Shown: positions 1 through 7,292 of the stretch, one piece after another
Layout: each line of letters begins with the position of its first letter
Position numbering within the stretch: the first letter of the stretch is position 1
From: Minisyncoccota bacterium
GTDB lineage: Bacteria > Patescibacteriota > Minisyncoccia > Phycocordibacterales > UBA9973
Assembly: GCA_041657445.1 (NCBI GenBank)
Contig: JBBABV010000003.1
Location: 1 to 56,151, forward strand
Length of the DNA: 56,151 nucleotides
Direction of reading: 5' to 3'
The notes under the pieces: model-generated
What the model saw: the letters and a program-made list of their open reading frames with translations, nothing else
Told to the model about the DNA's origin: nothing
The model's database searches: none
Made by a program: the position numbers and the translations under genes

Positions 1-173
1 AAGAAGACCTTTTATCTTTACAAGTTAAGAATTTATTAAAGAAATACAAGAATTTAATCTATCAAAATGGTTTTCAAAATGACTATTTAGAAATACTTAA
101 CAGTGGAGAAAAAAAGAAAATAGATGAAGATACATTGCATAAATTGGATTTAGATAATACCTCTTTAAACTAA
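1..173 (+). CDS. 3' end of an unidentified CDS (5' part lies outside the window)
   Basis: Frame is open from the window edge to TAA at 171-173. Hand translation: ...QNGFQNDYLEILNSGEKKKIDEDTLHKLDLDNTSLN*. No family recognised. Confidence 0.4.
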   Translation, partial: EDLLSLQVKNLLKKYKNLIYQNGFQNDYLEILNSGEKKKIDEDTLHKLDLDNTSLN

Positions 174-203
174 ATATCAAAGCTAAATACATAGCAGCTC
201 CCT

Positions 204-430
204 TTAGTTACCCTTCAAGGGTAACACTGTGGATAAATAATAATTGTATTTCTCGACCGGTATCATGCCGTTTAAATATTTTTCTAAGTTGATTCTCTCA
301 TAGTTGTAGAAATGTAAATATTCTCCATGTGTTTTCTATGTTCGTGTTGGATTAAGATAATACTCTTGATCAATAACTCCATGAGCCCATTCTAATACTT
401 CTTCCCAGTTTTTGGTATGAAGTAATGTGA
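204..430 (-). pseudogene. Decayed C-terminal remnant of an integrase-core (rve, IS3/IS481-like) transposase
   Basis: Hand translation of the minus strand gives EYLHFYNYERINLEKYLNGMIPVEKYNYYLS...* (stop at 204-206). This is the typical FYN.ER....L.G..P.E tail of DDE transposases. The upstream part (...WEEVLEWAHGVIDQEYYLNPTRT*) is cut off by a stop and a frame change, and there is no start codon. Confidence 0.55.
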
Positions 431-571
431 AATATCATTCTTCCTTAGATTTTGTTTGCCATATTTTTAAAAAAATTTTCGCCTTTATAATTTAAGGTAT
501 TAAAGATAATTAAGTATTGTCACCCCTATTCTTCCTCAATTGTCGCCCCATAAGGGTAACTATACAATGTT

Positions 572-1531
572 TTAGGCACAGACATATGGCGGTTTAATTA
601 ATTGGTAATTCTTTAGAAATTCATTCGGCGTTTTTCCATTTAAACCACAATGTTCTAAGTCATTGTAATATATATTCCATCTTTTTAATTTAATTTGCAA
701 ATCTTTAAAGTTTTTAAACTTGTTCTGTTCGTAAAACTTTTCTTGATCTTCTCTGTGACTTCGCTCTACTGTTCCATTCTGAGCAGGTTTACCTGGGTCA
801 ATCAAATAGTGGATGATATTGTTTTCTTTACAGAAAACATCAAGAGCATGGATTGTTTTGACCGTCATATCACTTCGTTTGTTCATACTGGTGTAGTAAT
901 TAGTGAATATACTTCCATTGTCTGTTTTAATAGCTTGTATCTTGTATTTAAATACTTTCATTACTTCTTTTAAAAACAAAATTGAATGGAAATTTGTTTG
1001 ATTGTCATATACGGCTAGATATTTCCATCTAGAAGCAGTATCAATAGCTGTATATTGGAAATATCTTTTGTTTTTAACTTTTCCTGGTACATACTTAACA
1101 TCAATCTCCATTAACTCTCCCGGTTGTCTCTCTGCTTTAATATATTTGTATTTAATTTTCTTTACTCTGTACTTATGTACCAATCCTTCTTTCTTTAATA
1201 TCTTCCCAATTGTTCGTTCATGAACTTGGATCCCTTCTTTTTCTAATTGCCAGTGTATCTTTAATGCACACTTTTTTGTTTTCTTTCTTGTTTCAATCAC
1301 TCTTTCTTTAATCCATATTGGTGTTTCTTTTTCTTGAGTCTTTGGTTCTGTTGATTTAGGCTCTAATCCAGTTTCTCCTTTTGCTCTGTAGAGAGCTACC
1401 CAATGTTCTAGACTTCTTTTTCCGTGAGGACACACCCTAGAAACATCTACTAGCTTTACTTCTTTTTTCACTATTGGTAGCACCCATCTCAACCTCTCTT
1501 CTTTTGTTGTTTTAGCCATATGTATTGCCAT
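572..1531 (-). CDS. DDE transposase with N-terminal HTH and integrase-core (rve) domain, IS481-like
   Basis: 319 aa. N-terminal HTH region (VDVSRVCPHGKRSLEHWVALYRAKGETGL). Core with ...MEIDVKYV..., ...AIKTDNGSIF... and ...NGTVERSHREDQEKFY.... Single ORF with no frameshift, as in IS481-type elements. Confidence 0.8.
   Translation of the reverse strand: MAIHMAKTTKEERLRWVLPIVKKEVKLVDVSRVCPHGKRSLEHWVALYRAKGETGLEPKSTEPKTQEKETPIWIKERVIETRKKTKKCALKIHWQLEKEGIQVHERTIGKILKKEGLVHKYRVKKIKYKYIKAERQPGELMEIDVKYVPGKVKNKRYFQYTAIDTASRWKYLAVYDNQTNFHSILFLKEVMKVFKYKIQAIKTDNGSIFTNYYTSMNKRSDMTVKTIHALDVFCKENNIIHYLIDPGKPAQNGTVERSHREDQEKFYEQNKFKNFKDLQIKLKRWNIYYNDLEHCGLNGKTPNEFLKNYQLIKPPYVCA
576..595. repeat. Left terminal inverted repeat of the IS
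   Basis: 19/20 match to the reverse complement of 1549-1568. Confidence 0.75.
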
Positions 1532-1548
1532 TCTCGGATTCTATCCGA

Positions 1549-1568
1549 AAACCGCCATATGTGTGTGC
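1549..1568. repeat. Right terminal inverted repeat of the IS
   Basis: 19/20 match to the reverse complement of 576-595. Confidence 0.75.
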
Positions 1569-1620
1569 ACATTACCACAACCCCTTGACAAAATCATATA
1601 AATCTGCTATACTTATAACC

Positions 1621-2367
1621 ATGAGTAAAGAAAATATGAAAAACTTAATAAAAACATTTGGACTAGTAGGAATTGTGGTTTTTTCTTCTGTGTTTTTCCT
1701 AATTCCAAAAACTTCAGATGCAAGAACATATACATACTACCAACCAGCACCATTTGGCAACACCACACAAAATGATTATGAGGATAATAGTCAAAACTAT
1801 TTAGACAACAACCCTCTTCCATATATTACATCCATTACCCCAAATTCTGTAACTATTCAATCACAAATAATTAAAATTACAATTAATGGAAGTGGCTTTA
1901 TGAAAAGTTCAACTGTCCATTTTGACGGAAACCCTAGAACTGTGACATATATAAATTCTACTAAATTAGTAATTCAACTAAACGAGAATGATATTTCTAA
2001 AGCAGGAAGATACTACATTACAGTAATAAACGATGCTCCTGGTGGAGGATATTCAAACCCTATTTCCTTTATAGTAAGCAAACCAGCAACTACAACCCAA
2101 AGTAATTCAACAAATAATAGTGCCTATAGTGCAAGTGCGATCACTGCATACGAAAACACATTTGAAGATTCACAAAATGAGAATATAACAAGTCAAAGTT
2201 ATAAAAATCTTACTGCAAATGCTATCTTTGGATCAAAAGGATTCCTTCCAACAGGTATTTTCCAATGGATATTATTCATCATAATACTTTTAGTTATAGT
2301 ATTCGTTTGGAGAAAGTTCTTTGGAGGAGAAGCGAAATATAGTTCTACTCCATTAAAACATGCCTAA
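1621..2367 (+). CDS. Secreted/anchored surface protein with an IPT/TIG-like Ig-fold domain and a C-terminal TM helix
   Basis: Start moved to MSKENMKNLIKTFGLVGIVVFSSVFFLIPKTSDA (signal/TM). The first 32 codons of the 1525 ORF are read from the IS right end (KPPYVCA is encoded by the inverted repeat). ITSITPNSV...INGSGF...VHFDG...YINSTKLVIQL...GRYYITVIN is IPT/TIG-like. C-terminal hydrophobic anchor: FQWILFIIILLVIVFVW. Confidence 0.6.
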   Translation: MSKENMKNLIKTFGLVGIVVFSSVFFLIPKTSDARTYTYYQPAPFGNTTQNDYEDNSQNYLDNNPLPYITSITPNSVTIQSQIIKITINGSGFMKSSTVHFDGNPRTVTYINSTKLVIQLNENDISKAGRYYITVINDAPGGGYSNPISFIVSKPATTTQSNSTNNSAYSASAITAYENTFEDSQNENITSQSYKNLTANAIFGSKGFLPTGIFQWILFIIILLVIVFVWRKFFGGEAKYSSTPLKHA

Positions 2368-2384
2368 GTAATATATTAGAAACA

Positions 2385-2416
2385 AACAAAAAGTCATTCA
2401 AACGAATGACTTTTTG
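2385..2416. terminator. Bidirectional intrinsic terminator between convergent genes
   Basis: Stem AGTCATTC (2392-2399) / GAATGACT (2404-2411), loop AAAC, with an A-run upstream and a T-run downstream. Confidence 0.65.
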
Positions 2417-2438
2417 TTTACTTCCAAAGAAATTAATT

Positions 2439-2777
2439 TTAGTTTTTGAAACTTGGATTATACTCCTCAAGTTGGACTGTTCCCTCTTCTGGGTTAATAC
2501 CTTCTATGTTAAATGTGTTCAAAACTACATTAAGAATAGCCCATACTCCTATCATTATCACCAATCCAATAATTCCCCAAAGCATATGACTTTTTCCTTC
2601 AGTTCTCTTTTCTTCATTCTCAGCATTTACAATAAACTGAAAGACACCATAAAGGAAGAATGCCACAGCTAAAGCAAATAAGAGCACAATAAGAGGATTA
2701 ATAATAAGACGTCCTATATTTGCTAAAAAAGAATCGTAACTAGCATAAGCGACATTAGCGAAAATAAGATTGATCAT
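2439..2777 (-). CDS. Small two-TM pilin-like protein (TrbC/VirB2 / T4SS-pilin-like), paralogue 1
   Basis: Two hydrophobic helices separated by a charged loop: FFLYGVFQFIVNAENEEKRTEGKSHMLWGIIGLVIMIGVWAILNVV. The four neighbouring genes carry the same module. Confidence 0.55.
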   Translation of the reverse strand: MINLIFANVAYASYDSFLANIGRLIINPLIVLLFALAVAFFLYGVFQFIVNAENEEKRTEGKSHMLWGIIGLVIMIGVWAILNVVLNTFNIEGINPEEGTVQLEEYNPSFKN

Positions 2778-2786
2778 TTTAAGGAT

Positions 2787-3158
2787 TTATTGAGGAAGCA
2801 GAGGAACTGGTAGAGTTGTTCCTGTATTAAGGTCAAATGTATTAGTTACAATTCTTACCAATCCCCAAAGAGCCATGATAACTGCCATTCCTATAATACC
2901 GTAAATCATTCTGTTTCTTCCTTTTGTCTTTGCTTCTTCATCATCAGCAATGACATACTGTATTACTCCTATTACAAACACAATTACTCCTAAAGCAACC
3001 AAAAAAGGAAGAAGCACACCCAATATTTCCCCTGCCTTACAAATGATACCTTGAATGGTGTCATTTTGATCTACATAATCACAAGCATCTTGTGCAAGTG
3101 TTACAACAGGAGCAAAACCTAAAATTCCACCTAATAATATTTTTAATTTATTCTTCAT
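2787..3158 (-). CDS. Secreted two-TM pilin-like protein, paralogue 2
   Basis: Likely start is MKNKLKILLGGILGFAPVVTLAQD (signal peptide), 19 codons inside the listed ORF. Module: VIGVIQYVIADDEEAKTKGRNRMIYGIIGMAVIMALWGLV. Confidence 0.6.
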   Translation of the reverse strand: MKNKLKILLGGILGFAPVVTLAQDACDYVDQNDTIQGIICKAGEILGVLLPFLVALGVIVFVIGVIQYVIADDEEAKTKGRNRMIYGIIGMAVIMALWGLVRIVTNTFDLNTGTTLPVPLLPQ

Positions 3159-3301
3159 ACTTTTCCCCGAAGCATCGGGATTAATGTTAATTTCCGTCTT
3201 TGACGGAGCGACCACTTATTTTAATAATTTTCCTATTTATAGGTTCAATGAAATTATATCATATAAAACAAGACAATAATGCAAGAACTGTGGATATTAT
3301 A

Positions 3302-4273
3302 TTATTGTTTTACCTGAGGAATAGCATACTCAATTCCAAAAGTACCACCTACAATTTTTACTATTCCCCAAACTGAAACCATTACAGCAAGTGCAATTAT
3401 ACCCCACAGCATATATTGTCTTCCTTTTTCTTTTTGTTCTTCATTTCCGGCAGAAATTACATATTGCACTACTCCCCAAACAAACATTGCTACCGCAAGA
3501 GCAAAAATTAATGGGACAACTGACTTTGTGATAAGGCAAGTAGCATAATTAAGTAAATGATGCAATTTAGGATCTGCAGGAAGAGGATCACAAATTCCAC
3601 TTCCCCCAAGCGAAGCGGTATCTTCTAAAAACTCATTTGCAACCCCACCACCTCCACCAATATCAAATGTTGATACAACTATACTAACCAATCCCCAAAT
3701 TGAAGCAACAACAACAAGGCCGATTATACCATAAAGCATTCTGTCTCTTCCTTTTGTTTTTGCCTCTTCCTCGTCAGCAATGACATATTGGATAACTCCC
3801 CAAATGAAGATGATTATTCCTAAACTTATAAGAAGAGGGACAACTTTTTTAATTAAATTTGAAATAGTACAAATAACATACTCTATACTTCCACTAGTTC
3901 CACACTCAGAAACATCACCAACATTCGGAACCATATTAAGTGGCATATTTTGTTGGAGATCAAAAGTATTAATGACTATATTAACTAATCCATAAAGACC
4001 TACAATAACAGAAAATCCAATAATACCGTAGATCATTCTATCTCTACCCTTTGTCTTTGCTTCTTCATCATTTCCTATAACATACTGAATGACCCCCCAT
4101 ACAAAAACAATTACCCCAAAGAATATCAGTAAAGGTAAAAAATCCCCAAGTAAATTTCCGAACTTAAAAATAATACCTCCAAGAGTTCCAGTACCTCCAT
4201 CTTGAGCATATATAGGAAATGTAGGGAGAACTATAGTAATTATTAAAAACAAAATTTTATTTAGGTTTTTCAT
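3302..4273 (-). CDS. Secreted protein carrying three tandem pilin-like two-TM modules, paralogue 3
   Basis: Likely start is MKNLNKILFLIITIVLPTFPIYAQD. The module W/VGVIQYVI..(D/N)EE(A/Q)K(T/E)KGR..M(I/L)(Y/W)GIIG occurs three times (aa about 60-110, 165-215 and 270-320 of the listed ORF). Confidence 0.6.
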   Translation of the reverse strand: MKNLNKILFLIITIVLPTFPIYAQDGGTGTLGGIIFKFGNLLGDFLPLLIFFGVIVFVWGVIQYVIGNDEEAKTKGRDRMIYGIIGFSVIVGLYGLVNIVINTFDLQQNMPLNMVPNVGDVSECGTSGSIEYVICTISNLIKKVVPLLISLGIIIFIWGVIQYVIADEEEAKTKGRDRMLYGIIGLVVVASIWGLVSIVVSTFDIGGGGGVANEFLEDTASLGGSGICDPLPADPKLHHLLNYATCLITKSVVPLIFALAVAMFVWGVVQYVISAGNEEQKEKGRQYMLWGIIALAVMVSVWGIVKIVGGTFGIEYAIPQVKQ

Positions 4274-4286
4274 ATTATTTATTAAT

Positions 4287-4658
4287 TTATAATGCAAGAA
4301 CCGTCTCTGATATTAGTTGAGCAATCCCCCAAGCACCCAGAAGTATTGCAGCTCCAATCAAGGTATAAGTAAAAGATTTTTTTGCGTTGCTAATTTTTTC
4401 TGGATTACCCTGCGCTGAAACAAAAAGAAAACCAGAATAAATAACAGCAAGTGCGATAATTGGTATACCAAGTTTTACTACCCCTTCTAAAATTGTCTTA
4501 ATAAGACCATTGATTGAACTAGCTTTTATAGGATTCACTATTTTTGTTGTAGTCGTAACATCCTCTTGATCTGTATCTTGTGCAAAAGAATAAACTGGCA
4601 CAAGAATAATTGAAAGAAATAACACAATTATTAATATATTTTTTAATTTAAAATTCAT
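4287..4658 (-). CDS. Secreted two-TM pilin-like protein, paralogue 4 (closest to the classical TrbC/VirB2 pattern)
   Basis: Likely start is MNFKLKNILIIVLFLSIILVPVYSFAQD. Module: IIALAVIYSGFLFVSAQGNPEKISNAKKSFTYTLIGAAILLGAWGIAQLI. Confidence 0.6.
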   Translation of the reverse strand: MNFKLKNILIIVLFLSIILVPVYSFAQDTDQEDVTTTTKIVNPIKASSINGLIKTILEGVVKLGIPIIALAVIYSGFLFVSAQGNPEKISNAKKSFTYTLIGAAILLGAWGIAQLISETVLAL

Positions 4659-4677
4659 AGTTAAATTATACATCATA

Positions 4678-5451
4678 TTAGAATCCAATCCAAGAACCAT
4701 TATAACCTATCAAAGAAAGAATACTGTGTATAATGAGCCATGCTCCTGCTACTATTATTAACCCTACAGCAACATTTGTAAATATCTTCTTTGCCTGGCT
4801 TCTTTTTCCTTCGCTTCCTCCAGAAAATAGAAGAATTCCTCCAGCATATGCAAACATCAAGGCAGAGAGAGGAACTGCTAATTGAACAAGAATAAAATTC
4901 ATTACATCGTTTATTAACTTCATAAAATAATTAAAATCACATGGATTCTTTACTGCACCCTCCATATCAATTCCATCTTTTACTAATTCTCCCTTTTCAT
5001 ATTTTTCTGTCCCACAAGGAACAAGACCAAAAAAATTCTTTTCACTTTCATTTTTATTTGAATAATCTACTTCATCACCTAGGGGAGGAGTGTTTAATTC
5101 TATGTTTGAATCAAGAGAAATAACTACAGTGCGACTATCACTTTTTCCGCCTGGTCCCTCGCAATATAAAGAAACTTTTGTTTCTTGGTATAGAGCTGCA
5201 AGAGGCATATTATTCCAATAGGTTACATTGTATTCAATAGGTTCTTCATCATTTATTACTAAATAGCATTTAGTCGCATCGGTAGAAGACCAAGTCAAAC
5301 TTACATCTCCTCCTGGTTCTACTATCATAGGTTTAGCAGAGATAGAAACAGTAGGCTTTGGAGTTTGTGCAAAACCCACATCAAAGACAAAAAAACAAAG
5401 AATAAATATAGATAAACCTAAAACTAAATGTCCTTTTTTAAATATTTTCAT
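4678..5451 (-). CDS. Secreted protein with an N-terminal Ig-like domain and a C-terminal pilin-like two-TM module, paralogue 5
   Basis: Signal peptide MKIFKKGHLVLGLSIFILCFFVFDVGFAQT. Beta-rich region: VSISAKPMIVEPGGDVSLTWSSTDATKCY. C-terminal module: LSALMFAYAGGILLFSGGSEGKRSQAKKIFTNVAVGLIIVAGAWLII. Confidence 0.55.
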   Translation of the reverse strand: MKIFKKGHLVLGLSIFILCFFVFDVGFAQTPKPTVSISAKPMIVEPGGDVSLTWSSTDATKCYLVINDEEPIEYNVTYWNNMPLAALYQETKVSLYCEGPGGKSDSRTVVISLDSNIELNTPPLGDEVDYSNKNESEKNFFGLVPCGTEKYEKGELVKDGIDMEGAVKNPCDFNYFMKLINDVMNFILVQLAVPLSALMFAYAGGILLFSGGSEGKRSQAKKIFTNVAVGLIIVAGAWLIIHSILSLIGYNGSWIGF

Positions 5452-5455
5452 AAAA

Positions 5456-6754
5456 TTATCTCATTAAAAGTAAATTAATTTTTGAACTTGCATCTCTTAC
5501 CGACTGAGAGATACTTAAATTATTAGAAAGAACATTTTCTACCATATCCCTAAAAACGATATTTGAATCATCTGGAATAGGATCAAGCCAACTTCTTGCA
5601 AAAAGAGAAGACGAATAAAAAATTGGAAGAAAAGCATTGTCTTGATTTGCTGGTATAGAAAGAAGATCTCTCCTTGCAGGTGGAAGTTGTAAAACCTCTA
5701 CAAGACCCTTTGCAAAAGAGCCTGTAGATAACAGATTTGCTACAAGAAAAGAACTATTAAGATTTTTTGAGAATGATGATATGGCTATTCCAGTTACTTT
5801 AGCAGAAGTAATTTTGGTTTGAAGACCACGGATTTGTGGAACATTGGTAATTTGAAAATTAAGATTTGGATTTTTTTCAATAATTGGTTTAAGTTCACTA
5901 GCAAATCCAAAATAGAAAGCAAGATTACCTGAAATAAACATATCACGAGATAAAGGTAAAGACTTATTCCAAGAATAAATTTCTTTCAAAGGATTAGCAA
6001 AATTTGTATAAAATTCTAAAATTTGTTCTGTACTATAGTTACCAGTGAATTCGTGGATGGTAGAAACAAAAGAACCCTTTTTTTCTATCACTATTTTATT
6101 TCCTGTCTGCATAAAAAGCATAGAAAGAATATCTTTTGCATTTGTAACATTAGCATATTGACCAAAAGAAATAAGGCTTTTTTCTATTTTCCCTGTTTCA
6201 TCTTTTCTATTTAATATAGGTGCAAGTGTACTAAATTGGTCCCAGTATTCTGGAGGATATACTATATTATTTATGTCTAATGTTCCCCTATTATAATACA
6301 TCATAAGAGGATCAACAGTTAAAGGAAAAGCGAGAAAACCATCGGATTTTAAGAACACTTCTCCGGCAGTAGCAAATGTTTGCTTAAATGTAGAAATAGG
6401 ATAACTAGAATACGGAATAGAAAGAATCTTATTACTATATTTATAAGCAAGTTCATTGTCTATTAAAAATATATCTGGTCCTTGTCCTGAAGCAAGAGCT
6501 TCAAGCAAATCTTCATCAAAAGTATCTGCTCTTTTTTCAACATATTTCAAAACATAAACAGGATTAGCTTTATTAAAATCCTCTATGAGTTCATATATAT
6601 CTGAATTTTTTATTGTTCCCCATAAAACTACTGTTCCACCTGAACCATCTTTTCCACTTTGATCTCCAATAGGAATCATGCCAGAAAAAACCAACACACC
6701 AAAGACTGCGGCTCCAATAAAAGCAATTAAAATAATTATTTTAAAATTTTTCAC
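5456..6754 (-). CDS. Membrane-anchored extracellular solute-binding protein (ABC family-1-like)
   Basis: 432 aa with an N-terminal TM helix. Overall pattern resembles sugar-type SBPs (VVLWGT...PDIFLIDN...). The end of its reading frame overlaps the start of the preceding methyltransferase gene. Confidence 0.5.
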   Translation of the reverse strand: MKNFKIIILIAFIGAAVFGVLVFSGMIPIGDQSGKDGSGGTVVLWGTIKNSDIYELIEDFNKANPVYVLKYVEKRADTFDEDLLEALASGQGPDIFLIDNELAYKYSNKILSIPYSSYPISTFKQTFATAGEVFLKSDGFLAFPLTVDPLMMYYNRGTLDINNIVYPPEYWDQFSTLAPILNRKDETGKIEKSLISFGQYANVTNAKDILSMLFMQTGNKIVIEKKGSFVSTIHEFTGNYSTEQILEFYTNFANPLKEIYSWNKSLPLSRDMFISGNLAFYFGFASELKPIIEKNPNLNFQITNVPQIRGLQTKITSAKVTGIAISSFSKNLNSSFLVANLLSTGSFAKGLVEVLQLPPARRDLLSIPANQDNAFLPIFYSSSLFARSWLDPIPDDSNIVFRDMVENVLSNNLSISQSVRDASSKINLLLMR

Positions 6755-7271
6755 TTTTGTTTATAAAAATTATACCATAATGATGTTCTCCTGCATCAAT
6801 TTTTCTTTCCAAAGAAAAACCACCAAGTTCAAAAAACTCTATAACTTTTTCTTCTGAAATAAAATTTCCAATACTTAATTGAGAGCGAGACGGACAATGA
6901 TCTATTAGAAGAATCTTTCCTCCAGGTTTTAAAATTCTTTTTACTTCTTTGATTAGTCCTACTTTATCTTCTACTTGAAAAAACACATTTGAAACAATAA
7001 CTCTATCTACAACATTCTCACCAAGTTTTGTTCCACCAATTTTTTCTATATCCCCCCAAATAACTTCAATGTTTGATAAATGCGCCTCTCTTATTTTTGA
7101 TTTTATTGTATCTAGAAAATCTTTTTGAACTTCTATCGCATAAACCTTACCCCTTTGTGCCATTCTACCTGCAATAATAGAGTAAAAACCAGTGCCTGCT
7201 CCAAGGTCTGCAACAATCATATTTTCGTGTATCCCAAATGCTCTTAGATTGTTTTCTGGGTGGGTAAACAT
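6741..7271 (-). CDS. Class I SAM-dependent methyltransferase
   Basis: Motif I VADLGAGTGFYS, followed by the KILLID post-motif pattern. 176 aa. Confidence 0.7.
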   Translation of the reverse strand: MFTHPENNLRAFGIHENMIVADLGAGTGFYSIIAGRMAQRGKVYAIEVQKDFLDTIKSKIREAHLSNIEVIWGDIEKIGGTKLGENVVDRVIVSNVFFQVEDKVGLIKEVKRILKPGGKILLIDHCPSRSQLSIGNFISEEKVIEFFELGGFSLERKIDAGEHHYGIIFINKSEKF

Positions 7272-7292
7272 TACTTTTATTATACCTCTTAT

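Larger units (their letters stand above)
576..1568 (-). mobile_element. IS481-family-like insertion sequence (about 1 kb, single transposase ORF, 20-bp terminal inverted repeats)
   Basis: GCACAGACATATGGCGGTTT at 576-595 matches the reverse complement of 1549-1568 (GCACACACATATGGCGGTTT), 19 of 20 positions. These repeats bracket the 319-aa transposase ORF. I saw no clear target-site duplication. Confidence 0.75.

Noticed and set aside
228-236. Perfect DnaA-box 9-mers (TGTGGATAA at 228-236 and 20896-20904; near-matches at about 3283 and 32219) as a possible oriC
   Set aside because: The boxes are isolated and tens of kilobases apart. They are not clustered, not next to dnaA/dnaN, and have no adjacent AT-rich unwinding repeats. 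A few such hits are plausible by chance in AT-rich DNA.
695-1223. Plus-strand ORFs 695-973 and 1002-1223
   Set aside because: They are antisense to the well-supported transposase gene, hydrophobic and low-complexity. The same reasoning applies to the many 60-110-aa antisense ORFs inside gyrA, secA, the mur genes, guaA, the antiporters, dinB, the 53275 gene and others.
1525-1620. The listed ATG at 1525 as the start of the IPT/TIG surface protein
   Set aside because: The first 32 codons are read from the IS right end and its inverted repeat (KPPYVCA duplicates the transposase C-terminus). The signal peptide begins at the Met at 1621.
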